A stretch of 64,000 nucleotides of DNA, taken from the NCBI GenBank assembly GCA_009914755.4, contig CP068257.2, forward strand, positions 44,768,001 to 44,832,000, read 5' to 3'. The translations under genes and the position numbers were made by a program. The first letter of the stretch is position 1. Each line of letters begins with the position of its first letter. The DNA is from the human T2T-CHM13v2.0 reference genome, Homo sapiens. This document shows, piece by piece, positions 30,214 through 42,068 of this stretch. The notes under the pieces are model-generated. The model saw nothing but the letters and a program-made list of their open reading frames with translations, was not told the origin of the DNA and did not search any database.

Positions 30214-30982
30214 GTGGGCTCCCCCCGCGGGCCATGGCAGGGTATTTTTTTTTACTCTCCTTTTCTCCTTTGATGTCAATGACTTCTCTCTGCGCTGGGC
30301 ACTGGGGGCTGCAGTTGTCATGGTGGCTCATGACACAGCGGAGAAAGGGGGCCTGAAGCTCGGGCCAGCCTGGGCCTGTTCCGTGTCAGTACGCAGTGAA
30401 GCTGGGCTGAGGATTTCACTGTTTTGTACCATTTTAAGCTTATCGTTTTAAGCTTTTAAAAACAATTCTTTCTTTCACATAATAGGGACTGTCCAGTGAA
30501 ACGGAGCTCACTATGTGAGGAGGGTCCGCTTAAGCTGCTTCTCTGGTTTCTAACCAAATGGTTTGTCTGTCGATGAGCAGTGCCTGTGTGAGATGTGGCG
30601 AGCGAGCTCTTCTTTTGGAGCTGGAGGCCCTGTAGGGAGTCGTCTTTTAAGGCTTCCACTTGTATTTGAGCAGAACCTTGGGAACTTGGTGCCTACCACC
30701 CCCACACCAGCTGGGTCTTTGTAGAGTGGCTCCCACTCTCAGATGCCCCAGTCCACCTTGCTCTGTGGGGTCGTCCTGGGTCGGGGCAGCTTTCTGCTGG
30801 GTCCTCAGCCCCGTTCCCATGTGGCCTGCTGTGGACCAAGGTGCTCGGCTGTGGATGTCACTGCCACCTCCCTCTGGCATCCCTGCTGGCTGCCGTACTG
30901 GTTCCCAGCTCCAGGCCACCTGAGGGGCAGCCCCAGCAACAGCCTCCTGCATGCTCAGCTTTCCTCTGTCTCCTCTGTCAAG

Positions 30983-31138
30983 GGTGATCTGCAGCCTGTC
31001 CTGGTGACGTTGAAGGATGCACCTCTCTGCAAGCAAGAAGGCGTGATGTCAGTGCTCACCGTCTGCCAGAGGCAGCTGCAGTCGGAGCTGCTCTTGGTGA
31101 AAAATGAAATGCGCCTGAGTCTGGAGGACGGCGGCAAG
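30983..31138 (+). CDS. PCNT: pericentrin coding exon 12; GDLQPVLVTLKDAPLCKQEGVMSVLTVCQRQLQSELLLVKNEMRLSLEDGGK
   Basis: Acceptor tctcctctgtcaAG|GGTG; donor GGCAAG|GTGTGG. 156 nt, phase 0 to 0. The donor sequence is repeated by the downstream 60-bp minisatellite. Confidence 0.75.
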
Positions 31139-31541
31139 GTGTGGGGAGGGGGGAAGGCGCGAGGTCCCCCCGGGAGAGGCTGGACACGCGGCAGCAAGGT
31201 GTGGGGAGCGGGGAAGGCACAAGGCCCACCCGGGAGAGGCTGGACACGTGGCAGCAAGGTGTGGGGAGCGGGGAAGGCGCGAGGTCCCCCCGGGAGAGGC
31301 TGGACACGCGGCAGCAAGGTGTGGGGAGCGGGGAAGGCACGAGGCCCACCCGGGAGAGGCTGGACACGCAGCAGCAAGGTGTGGGGAGGGGGAAGGCGTG
31401 AGGCCCCCCTGGGAGAGGCTGGACACGCGGCAGCAAGGTGTGGGGAGCGGGGAAGGCACGAGGCCCACCCGGGAGAGGCTGGACACGCGGCAGCAAGGTG
31501 TGGGGAGGGGGAAGGCGTGAGGCCCCCCTGGGAGAGGCTGG
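31139..31541. repeat. 60-bp minisatellite, ~6.7 copies (GTGTGGGGAGCGGGGAAGGCGCGAGGTCCCCCCGGGAGAGGCTGGACACGCGGCAGCAAG); starts at the exon-12 donor
   Basis: Each unit ends ..GGCAGCAAG and is followed by GTGTGGGGAG. That copies the exon junction GGCGGCAAG|GTGTGGGGAG. The unit length is a multiple of 3. Confidence 0.9.
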
Positions 31542-31983
31542 GTGCAGAACATGTGGGTCTTGCCCTGGGCAGAGGCGGGTATTCTGCTGAGGTGAGGAGC
31601 ACAGTCCGTGCCTGCAGTGACATGTTCTCTGAATCCTTTCTGTTCTGTAACGAGCTGTCCATAACTGTTGTGAAATTTCGTACGTGCTTCATTTAAGCCA
31701 CTCTGTAGAAACAATCAGTTGGGTTTTTTTCTTGTAATTGATCCAAATGGATTTAACTGTGCTCGAGGGTTAGTCCTGGTTTGTCTTTTCATGGGAGGAC
31801 CACATCGCCCCCGTGGGCCTCACCTCAGCTCAGGACTTTGATGGCCAGCGTCTGTTTTACTTTGAAAGGCCTCAGATTTATTCTTGTAATCTGTTCACCT
31901 CACTCCATATTGTCACTTGAAAAAAAGCTGGCACTTCTTTTCCCCGGGGAAGGAGGTTGCACCTTGACCATCTCAAATTGTAG

Positions 31984-32436
<453 letters not shown>

Positions 32437-32504
32437 TAGATGGCACCTTTTGATGCACTGTCTGCACCTCGCCTCCTCCAGTCCAAGGCCCAGCGCAGCC
32501 TCCC

Positions 32505-33040
32505 TGGACACACAGCCACCCACCCTTCTCCTCCTTCTCCTCTGGGACACACATCTGTCCACCCTCCTCCTCCTCCTCCTCCTGGACACAGTCGCCCACC
32601 CTCCTCCTCCTCCTCCTCCTGGACACACAGCCGCCCACTCTCCTCTTCCTCCTCCTTCTCGACACACAACCACCCACCCTGCTCCTCCTCCTCCTCCTCC
32701 TGGACATGCAGCCGCCCACCCTCCTCCTCCTGGACACGCAGCCGCCCACCCTGCTCCTCCTCCTCCTCCTGGACACACAGCCGCCCACTCTCCTCCTCCT
32801 GGACATGCAGCCACCCACCCTGCTCCTCCTCCTCCTCCTGGACACACAGCTGCCCACACTCCTCCTCCTGGACACGCAGCCGCCCACCCTCCTCCTGGAC
32901 ACACAGCCGCCCACTCTCCTCCTCCTGGACATGCAGCCGCCCACCCTGCTCCTCCTCCTCCTGGACACACAGACACCTACCCTCCTCCTGCTGGACACAC
33001 AGCCACCCACCCTGCTCTTCCTCCTCCCCCTCCTCCCTGC
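32505..33040. repeat. pyrimidine-rich compound tandem repeat (CTCCTCCTCCT-GGACACACAGCCGCCCACC units, ~33-45 bp, ~14 copies)
   Basis: Direct tandem units; long (CTC)n runs on the + strand. Confidence 0.8.
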
Positions 33041-33486
33041 TGTTTGCTAAATGTGCCCCAACTACTCCTCCAGGCTCTGAAACCCAGAGGCTCTAACACC
33101 AGAAGTGCTGGGCAGGTGTTTTATGGTCTCTAGGGTGGCACGGAAGCATGCTTGGTGCTGAAGCCTGCTGAGACCTGGGCTCACCCGAGCCCCTCGCAGC
33201 CCTCGTGAGTGTCCCGCACGTCGCTGGGACGTTTCTTGCATGAGTGCAGGTGCCGCCTGTTCCTGGGTCCACACTGCGTGCACCTCATTGGCGTTTAGAG
33301 CCTGAAAGATTCTTAATTCCACAGAAATCAGGGAAGGATGGGCCTAGGCCCGCAGTTCTGAGGAGACCCATGAACCTGGTTCGTGTGCTTGTCATGTGCT
33401 CTCGGGAAATACATCCTGTGTGGAGAGCCCTTCGCATCTCCTGCGGCAAACAGTCTTGGGGCCCTCATGACAGGAACGTTTCTTTG

Positions 33487-33487
<1 letters not shown>

Positions 33488-33519
<32 letters not shown>

Positions 33520-33805
33520 AGACAGAGTCTCGCTCTGTCGCCCAGGCTGGAGTGCAGTGGCGAGATCTTGAGATCTTGGCTCACTGCAACCTCCACCTCC
33601 TGGGTTCAAGCAATTCACTGCCTCAGCCTCCCGAGTAGCTAGGATTACAGGCACCCGCCACCATGCCTGGCTAATTTTTGTATTTTTAGTAGAGACAGGG
33701 TTTCACCATTTTGGCCAGGGTGGTCTCGAACTCCTGACCTCGTGATCCACCTGTCTCAGCCTCCCAAAATGCTAGGATTACAGGCGTGAGCCACTGCACC
33801 CGGCC
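33488..33805 (-). mobile_element. Alu SINE (antisense) with a ~35-nt poly(T) tail and TSD TTTGAATT
   Basis: Poly(T), then GAGACAGAGTCTCGCTCTGTCGCCCAGG...GGCGTGAGCCACTGCACCCGGCC. It contains a 10-bp internal duplication, gagatcttgagatcttgg. Confidence 0.9.
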
Positions 33806-34191
33806 CAATTTTTTGAATTCTTAAGAGAAAGCTCAGCCCTGCCTGCCAAATTCTTAGAAGTTACACACACAGAAACTCCAAATTCATCACATAAACCACA
33901 ATTTTGTGTTTTCGGTGCTCAGATATAGAACCTTCCCATCCTTTTTCCCTTGTATGAAGCTTGTGTCCTCAATCACCGCAGAAATAGGTTATGACAGTTG
34001 CCTTTTAAGCAAGGAGATGTAAGCCTTGGTTCTGTTTCTCATAGAATTAAATAAACTTGAAATGTGCAGGGCTCATTGTGGAATCACCCGAGTGCTCCGA
34101 AACTCCCTGAAATCCACTCATTAACACCAGACAGGTGCGACTCCTGGTGAGCCAGGTATTCCACCGTGCACCTGTTCTGTTTCACCTGCAG

Positions 34192-34962
34192 GGTAAAGAA
34201 AAAGTACTGGAAGATTGTCAGCTGCCGAAGGTCGATCTCGTAGCTCAGGTGAAACAGCTTCAGGAAAAACTGAACCGTTTGCTGTATTCCATGACCTTCC
34301 AGAATGTGGATGCTGCCGACACCAAATCTCTGTGGCCCATGGCCTCAGCACACCTGTTGGAGAGCAGCTGGAGTGATGATTCCTGTGACGGAGAAGAGCC
34401 TGACATATCACCCCACATAGACACATGTGATGCCAATACAGCCACGGGGGGTGTAACTGATGTTATCAAAAATCAGGCCATAGACGCGTGTGATGCCAAT
34501 ACAACCCCAGGGGGTGTAACTGATGTTATCAAAAATTGGGATTCCTTGATACCAGATGAAATGCCAGATTCTCCCATTCAAGAAAAATCAGAATGTCAGG
34601 ACATGTCTCTTTCTTCACCGACCAGCGTACTTGGTGGCTCCCGCCACCAGAGCCACACTGCAGAGGCTGGGCCCCGGAAGAGCCCGGTCGGGATGCTGGA
34701 CCTGTCTTCCTGGAGCTCCCCTGAGGTCCTCAGGAAGGACTGGACCCTGGAGCCCTGGCCCAGCCTCCCCGTGACACCCCACTCAGGAGCCCTGAGCCTG
34801 TGCAGTGCCGACACATCCCTGGGGGACAGGGCGGACACCTCGCTGCCACAGACCCAGGGGCCGGGGCTGCTTTGTTCCCCAGGCGTGTCTGCAGCAGCGC
34901 TGGCACTGCAGTGGGCCGAGTCTCCGCCGGCTGACGACCACCATGTGCAGAGGACGGCTGTG
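34192..34962 (+). CDS. PCNT: pericentrin large coding exon 13 (257 codons); GKEKVLEDCQLPKVDLVAQVKQLQEKLNRLLYSMTFQNVDAADTKSLWPMASAHLLESSWSDDSCDGEEPD...LQWAESPPADDHHVQRTAV; contains an internal 23-aa duplication (CDANTA/TPGGVTDVIKN x2)
   Basis: Acceptor tgtttcacctgcAG|GGTA; donor GCTGTG|GTAGGT. 771-nt open frame, phase 0 to 0. Confidence 0.8.
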
Positions 34963-35302
34963 GTAGGTGCCTGCTCTGCTCCCAGGCCTGCTGTTCCCGT
35001 GGGAATGTGGTCTGCCCGGCGCCACGGCAGCTGCCATTGTTTGTTCACCTCCTGACAGCACACACCTCGCAGTGCTGTGTGGGGCCAGCTCTGCAGGACT
35101 GGCATCATGGGCGCATTTAGATTATTTCAGTTGTTCAGGTATTTTTAAAATGCCTGAGATGCATTTGCCTGCCTCAGACATACCCTGGGCATGCTTCTCC
35201 ACTGACGCTGACTCCAACGGGCATAGCCCAGACACGTCTTCGTGTGTGATGGGCATAGGGTTCTTTGTCCAGAATGGTTTTTTAGATTTATTTTTAGGAA
35301 TG

Positions 35303-35614
35303 CTTCCTTTTTTTTTTTTTTTTTTTTTTTTTTTGTGAGATGGAGTCTCGCTCTGTCACCCAGGCTAGAGTGCAGTGACGCAATCTCGGCTCACTGCAGC
35401 CTCCGCCTCCCCAGGTTCAAGCAAATCTCCTGCCTCAGCCTCCCTAGTAGCTGGGACTACAGGCACACGCCACCACACCCGGCTAATTTTTGTAGTTTAG
35501 TAGAGACGGGGTTTTACCTTATTGGTCAGGCTGGTCTCGAACTCCTGACCTCATGATCCACCCACCTCAGCCTCCCAAAGTGCTGGGCTTACAGGCGTGA
35601 GCCACCATGCTCAG
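35303..35614 (-). mobile_element. Alu SINE (antisense) with TSD AATGCTTC
   Basis: Poly(T)~30, then GTGAGATGGAGTCTCGCTCTGTCACCCAGGCTAGAGTG...GGCGTGAGCCACCATGCTCAGCC. Confidence 0.9.
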
Positions 35615-35747
35615 CCAGAAATGCTTCATATTTTTAACAGGTTTCACATATGCTAATTAATTTTAATTTATGAGTTAGATCGTATTATTTCTAACATAAT
35701 CATTTTGGGATTTTGTGTATCTTGAGTAAGATAAAATTAAAAATCAG

Positions 35748-36040
35748 GTATGGTTGGGCTCATGCTTGTAGTCTCAGCACTTTGGGAGGCTGAGGCGGGA
35801 GGATTGCTTGAGCCCAGGAATTTGAGACCAGGCTGGGTAACGCGGTGAGACCCTGTCTCTACAAAAAAAACACAAAAAATTAGCTGGGCGTGCTGGTGCC
35901 GCCCATGGTCCCTGCTCTTCAGGAGGCTGAGGCAGGAGGATCACTTGACCTTGGGAGGTTGAGGATGCAGTGAGCCAAGATTGAACCACTGCACTCCAGC
36001 CTGGGTGACAGAGTGAGACCCTCCCTCAAAAAATAATAAT
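35748..36040 (+). mobile_element. Alu SINE (sense)
   Basis: GGTATGGTTGGGCTCATGCTTGTAGTCTCAGCACTTTGGGAGGCTGAGGCGGG...GGGTGACAGAGTGAGACCCTCCCTCAAAAAATAATAAT. Confidence 0.85.
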
Positions 36041-36328
36041 TTAGCAGATACATATTATCTGAAACATCCATATACTATCATTTCATGCAAAACAATTTAA
36101 ATCTGAAATATTTACTATTGGCTACATTAAAATATTCCTAAAGAGCTGTGGGTGAATCTGATTAAATTGTTGGAAGCATTCGACCTGTGTGTTCACCAGT
36201 TTTGAGTTGTTTCATCTGGGGTCTATGTGGGAAGATAAATTCAGGCCTTTGAAAGTTTTCACCTGGCAAAGTCAGCGCTATGATGTAATTACTCATTATT
36301 TTATGACCATTTAAAAATCTCTTAACAG

Positions 36329-36431
36329 GAGAAAGATGTCGAAGATTTTATCACAACATCCTTTGATTCTCAAGAAACATTAAGTTCACCTCCTCCTGGA
36401 TTAGAAGGAAAAGCTGATAGAAGTGAGAAAA
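36329..36431 (+). CDS. PCNT: pericentrin coding exon 14; EKDVEDFITTSFDSQETLSSPPPGLEGKADRSEK(+1 nt); alternative donor 9 nt upstream (exon end 36422)
   Basis: Acceptor atctcttaacAG|GAGA. Two in-phase GTGAG donors, AGAA|GTGAGA at 36423 and AAAA|GTGAGT at 36432. Both leave phase 1. The downstream GTGAGT donor is closer to consensus. Confidence 0.65.
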
Positions 36432-37659
36432 GTGAGTTGGTTATCTTTCATTTTTAATTTTTTATTTCAGTGGTTTCCTAGCACAGAATAGTCAAAAGAA
36501 TTCCTGCATCCTTTGCCTGGTTCTGCGTCTGCCCCCCGCTGACCTCCACCCCGGCTCTGCGCTTTGTCGGGCGTGCACCTGGGGCCTCTTGACTTCTGAA
36601 AACACGCCTGTACCTTTCACAGAGCCAAGGTTGCTGGCCCGGGCCACGCTCCACCCTGGAATGTTCACCCTGATCCAAGGCTGGCATCTCAGCTACAGCT
36701 ACAGACCTTGCTCAGATTCACCCATTGTCCCAGTAGTGTCCTTTATGGAAAAGACACCCCAGCTCACAGGCTGTGTTCAGGTGTCTTTGGCAGGATGGAG
36801 ACTGGGGCGGTGCACGCCATGTTTCCAGGCTCTGCTGCCTTGCCTGCCCACCCTGCCTTTCCCTCCCCTTGGGGTGGACGTCCCTCTCTCTGCTGTGGGT
36901 TTCGGGGCACCGGCCCTGGAGAGGAGCCGAGGGGCCGCTGACTGTGGCGTGTCCTCGCGATGGTGCGTGGGGGGCTGCGTCTCCCCGGACCTCGTGGCGG
37001 GAGGTGCGTGGGCTTGACTTGGGCCTTTGTCTGTGATGGTGCCTGCCAGGTTTCCTCCACCTCCTTCTGTGGGAGATGCGGAGACTGAGTATTCTCTTCC
37101 CTCTCATGCTCACGCCCACTGGTCTCAGCCTCCCTTGGTTGCCCTGGCCCGCATCAGTTGTTGTGGCGGTTACCTGCCACACCGTCCTTTTTTTCATTTC
37201 ATAACTTTTTCTATAATTGTTGTCTTTTTACAAGTCAGTCACCTTTTGAGGTGCTCTAACTTTTTAAAAAATCTGTTGGATTTTTCAGCGATTTAGTGTT
37301 TTTTGAGAACATGGTCACAATTTAATTAGAAATTTTAGTATTTGCAGAGTAGGGCCAGCAGCTTTTTAATTTTGTTTTTATTTATTTGATGAATAGTGAG
37401 CACGCAGGGTGACAGTTATGGGTGCTGAGGGGACCGTTTCCTGAGCAGCCTGTGTCCCAGCTCCCCACTCAGGACTGCAGCTCCCTGGGGATGCCACATT
37501 CAACTCTCAGAAATGTCTTCTCGTATTTGCTTTATTTTCAAACTCTATTTGCTGTTTAAAGTGGCATCTTCAGCCCTCCTAGCCCCTCGCCACACGCCCC
37601 TTGCTACACGAGGTGCAGTCTGCACGCCCTGTGCTGTCACAGCCAAGGTTTGCCCTTAA

Positions 37660-38088
<429 letters not shown>

Positions 38089-38185
38089 TAGGTGCTTGTT
38101 TTTGAGAACTTCCTCGTCTCCCTGGTGGTTGTCGGTTGGTTGGCTGGGTGCAGACACTTGGGTTGGAAGGTATCGCGTGCCTGTC

Positions 38186-38310
38186 CACTGCCTCTGTGCC
38201 CGCGCCCTCCAGTGACGCACAACCTTTGAGGGGCCTGCGCGGTCAGGGTGTCCGCCGCCTCTGTGCCTGCGCCCTCCAGTGACACGCGACCTTGGAGGCC
38301 TGCGCGGTCG
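38186..38310. repeat. 2 tandem copies of a ~62-bp GC-rich unit (GCGCCCTCCAGTGACGCACAACCTTTGAGGGGCCTGCGCGGTCAGGGTGTCCGCCGCCTCTGTGCC)
   Basis: Direct duplication seen in the sequence. Confidence 0.6.
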
Positions 38311-40094
38311 GGGTGGAGGATTTCCTCCTCGTTCGTCCTTCCTCCATTCACGTATCCTATGATTTTCTCTCTTCTTTTTGTAATTCCTGTTATTCAACTA
38401 TATCAGGCCTCCAAGATTGATTGTCAAATTTTCTTTCCTTATTTCTACTTCTTTTATTTTTGTTCTCATTTCTAAGAGGTTTTCTTTAGAACTTTATTTT
38501 TCAACATTTGTGCTGAGTGTTCTGTTTCTGTGCTCATATTTTAAATTTCTCAGAAATCTTTCTTATCCTAACTGTTCCTCTCTCCTTTAGCTTTAGCTCC
38601 TTGGTTTCTTTCTTTTTTGGAGGGCGTTCTTGAGTTTATTTTGGGCACAGCCAGGTGAGAGGTCCCTGCACCTGAAGGAAGGTGTTGGGCTCCGAGGTGA
38701 AGCATGGTTTGTGCTGAAGGCACAGGGTCCAGTGGGACAATGGGGAATGTGGTCTTGGACTTGTGGAGCTCTGACCACCCGCTGGCGGCACCTGCTGGCT
38801 GTGATCTCCTCTGGATGGAGTGGGCTGGGGCATGGTGCTGGGCACCCATGTCTCGGTGGCACTGGGTGACAGTGTCCGCAGCAGTCACATCCCAGAGTTC
38901 CTGGTACACGCTGTGGGAGCCGCAGCTCAGGCAGATGCAACATCCTTCACCCTCAGAGATTTCTCAAACACCTGAAGTAGATGATTTCCCCAAAGATTTC
39001 TTCGTTGTCATCTTTAGCTGAGATACACAGGGCAGAAGTAGGACTTGGCACCATTATTAGACACAAAGATTTGCAGGCGGTGGGTGGCCTGAGGCATTTT
39101 GAGGGGTACAGGCAGCAACCCAGCACCCTGCACCCTTGCACTGCTCCTGAGGCCTTCATGCTGCTCTCTCGGCACTTGCCGCCACTCACAAAAAGCACTT
39201 TGTTGGTTCATTTTGTGAATGACGTGCCCGTTATTTCTCTGAGGGGGTCATCGTCATCCTCTGAGGTTGTACTCTGCCTGCATCGTTGGCCTCTACTCCT
39301 CCCCAGTGTGCCCTCTGCTCAGCAGGCTGTGCCGGGGCATCATCCCCCAGGTGCCCAAGTGCTGCAGCCTCCGCTCCCCAGGGAGCTTTGTCCACACGGG
39401 GGCCCCGTCTCGCTGGCATCCTCATCCTCCTGTTTTGAAGTCTAACACCCTTTTTCCAGGGCGCCTCCTCCTCGTCTGGGTCTCGTGTCCCTTACACGAT
39501 CCTGCCTCAGTTTCCAAAGCGCCCCCCTCCCTGTGGGCTGGCGCAGCTGCAGGTCTCTGGGATGGACCAGGGCCCTGGGAGGTTTTGAATTTTCCTCCTT
39601 GAGACCCCATGCCCACCTGACACAGGAGCTGCACCGCAGGGACCCCATGGCAGGCACGGTCAGCGTTTCCTGAGCAGTCATTGGATGCCCGTCCGCTGCC
39701 TGCCTTATCTCCGTGGCTGGCGTGGAGGGTGCAGGCCCCGCACGTCCCGCTGCTCTTGAGCTTGTCCAGGCCATCTGGGTTTTGTGGAGTCTTTGGGGGC
39801 CACGTCTGGAGAAGTGAGCAGAGGTCCCCTAAGATTGGCGCTGGAATCAGGGACTCAGGTGATGTTCTCAACCTGTGAAGTTGCGTTTTCTTACTTGACG
39901 TGCGTCTTTCTCACCAGGGTTATGTTTTTATGAAGCATTTTTGGGGCCATCAGTGTTTTCTCCGTGAGCAGAATCACGGTGTGGTTGTCGCTGGGGACTG
40001 CGGGCCGATCACCCCTGTCCTGCCTCTGCAGTGCGTCCCCTGGGGAACCCCCTGGAGAGCTGTGGGTGGGACCCTGACCCTGTGGTGTTTTTAG

Positions 40095-40249
40095 GTGACG
40101 GCTCGGGTTTTGGAGCAAGACTGAGCCCGGGGTCAGGAGGCCCTGAGGCTCAAACTGCTGGTCCTGTGACCCCTGCTTCCATCTCTGGAAGGTTTCAGCC
40201 GCTGCCGGAAGCCATGAAGGAGAAGGAAGTGCGTCCGAAGCACGTGAAG
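40095..40249 (+). CDS. PCNT: pericentrin coding exon 15; (S)DGSGFGARLSPGSGGPEAQTAGPVTPASISGRFQPLPEAMKEKEVRPKHVK
   Basis: Acceptor gtggtgtttttAG|GTGA; donor GTGAAG|GTATGG. This is the only acceptor in the interval that restores the frame from the phase-1 end of exon 14. Phase 1 in, phase 0 out. Confidence 0.7.
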
Positions 40250-40726
40250 GTATGGCTGGCAGGGGCGGCCCTCACAGCTTCACATGTGCAGCCTCGGGGC
40301 ATCCCCCAAGCCCTGTGTCCTGCCTTGCCGGGGAGAGCCTTGGAGGGCCAGCTTTTCCTGGGTGCCTCTGAGCACCTGCATTTTAATGACTCACGGGAGG
40401 CAGCCCCACGGTGGCCCCGGAAGCCGCCCACCCAGCCCTGCACTGGCCCCTTAGGTGGCCGCCTCCCATCTGGGCAGGGAGGGTCCTGTGAGCCCGTGGG
40501 CAGGTGGTGTTGCCCCGAGTCGCAGAGCCGGCCTGTGCCTCTCTCCTGCCTGTGCCTCCCTCCTGCCTGTGCCCTGTAGAGAAGCCGAGGCACCAGACGC
40601 CGCAGTGCTCTAGGACTGAGCCGAGTTCTCTTCAGACGATGGGAGAGAAGCCACTCAGCCTCCTTGGAATCAACCTTGAAGGCAGAATTTTGTGGAACTT
40701 TTCATAGGTTTTCTTTCCTCTCCCAG

Positions 40727-40777
40727 TTTAGCAGATCATTTTATGGCAAAACCATTGACAAAAACTTGGCTAAACAA
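40727..40777 (+). CDS. PCNT: candidate 51-nt micro-exon; FSRSFYGKTIDKNLAKQ
   Basis: Strong acceptor ggttttctttcctctcccAG|TTT and consensus donor CAA|GTGAGT. 17 codons, phase 0 to 0, so inclusion or skipping keeps the frame. There is no other support. Confidence 0.45.
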
Positions 40778-41065
40778 GTGAGTGATAGAATGATGCCACT
40801 ACAGGAGCTTAGTCAAGTGGTAAACATATTCCCAAACAAAACAGTCTTCACATCAGTGAAACCTCTTCTGAGACTGCGCAGTAAGTCCTCACTTAGCGTT
40901 GCCCCGAGGTTCCTGGAAACTGACCTTGTAGGAAGGACACTCCTGTGCTGCTGGCCGCAGCTCCCGTTGTCTCAGAGGGCCCTGAGGGTGCCTTTGTTAC
41001 ATGCGTTTAAAAGTCGCGGTTTCCAAAACCCATCCATGACGTTAAGTGAGGACTTACTGCATTCA

Positions 41066-41218
<153 letters not shown>

Positions 41219-41327
41219 TCAGTTAAACCTCTTTTTTTCATTAAAATAAAAAAACTTATTTTACTTTCTTAAACATGGAAATTGGAGATTTTTTTTTTTA
41301 ATCAGTTTTTTATTTCTTCTTTGCATT

Positions 41328-41615
41328 TCCTTTTTTTTTTTTTGGTGAGACAGAGTCTCACTCTGTCACCCAGCAGTGCAGTCACAGCTCACTGCAACCT
41401 CTGCCTCCTGGGCTCAAACGATCCTCCCACCTCAGCCTCCCAAGCAGCTTGGATTACAGGCGTGAGCCACCACACCCAGCTAATTTTTGTATTTTCTGTA
41501 AAGATGGAGTGTTGCCATGTTACCCAGGCTGGTCTTGAGCTCCTGAGCTCAAGTAATCTGCCCACCTCAGCCTCCCAAGGTGCTGGGATTACAGTGTGAG
41601 CCACAGCGCCTGGCC
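41328..41615 (-). mobile_element. Alu SINE (antisense)
   Basis: Poly(T), then GGTGAGACAGAGTCTCACTCTGTCACCCAGC...GTGTGAGCCACAGCGCCTGGCC. Confidence 0.85.
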
Positions 41616-41814
41616 TCAAATTTTTATACAATATAAAACGTCAAGGAGATGTTTCTGTTAGTGTTTCCTATGGAAAACAACCTAATATTAGAATTCCTGA
41701 TTTTTAAGGAATAAATTTGATTAATGTTAACTCTTCATACTTAGGTTTCATAATTTAAAAAGAAAAGCACAAAAGGCAGGAAAGGCCTCCTGTAGCCCTT
41801 GAGGCAGCAGCTGC

Positions 41815-42068
41815 GAAGCAGAGGAGGAGGGGGAGGGGAGGAGGAAGAGAAGGGGAGGGGGAGGGGAGAGGGGAGGAGGAGGAAGAGAAGGGAGGGGGAT
41901 GAGGAGGGGGAGGGGAGGAGGAAGAGAAGGGGAGGGGGAGGGGAGAGGGGAGGAGGAGGAAGAGAAGGGAGGGGGATGAGGAGGGGGAGGGGAGGAGGAA
42001 GAGAAGGGGGAGTGGGAGGGGAGGAGGGGGAGGGGGAGGGGAGAGGGGAGGAGGAGGAAGAGGAGGAA
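41815..42068. repeat. purine-rich (GGGGAGGGGGAGGGGAGAGGGGAGGAGGAGGAAGAGAAG) ~62-bp tandem repeat, ~4 copies
   Basis: All-purine + strand with runs of G3-5. The minus-strand ORFs here are low-complexity artefacts. Confidence 0.85.

Noticed and set aside
36480-37200. GC-rich block with multiple ORFs on both strands (142-159 aa). I considered it as an internal CpG-island promoter or an antisense gene
   Set aside because: CpG density is only moderate when read by eye. There is no TATA or initiator context I can defend, and the ORFs overlap in all frames. Without a CpG observed/expected calculation I will not call a regulatory element.
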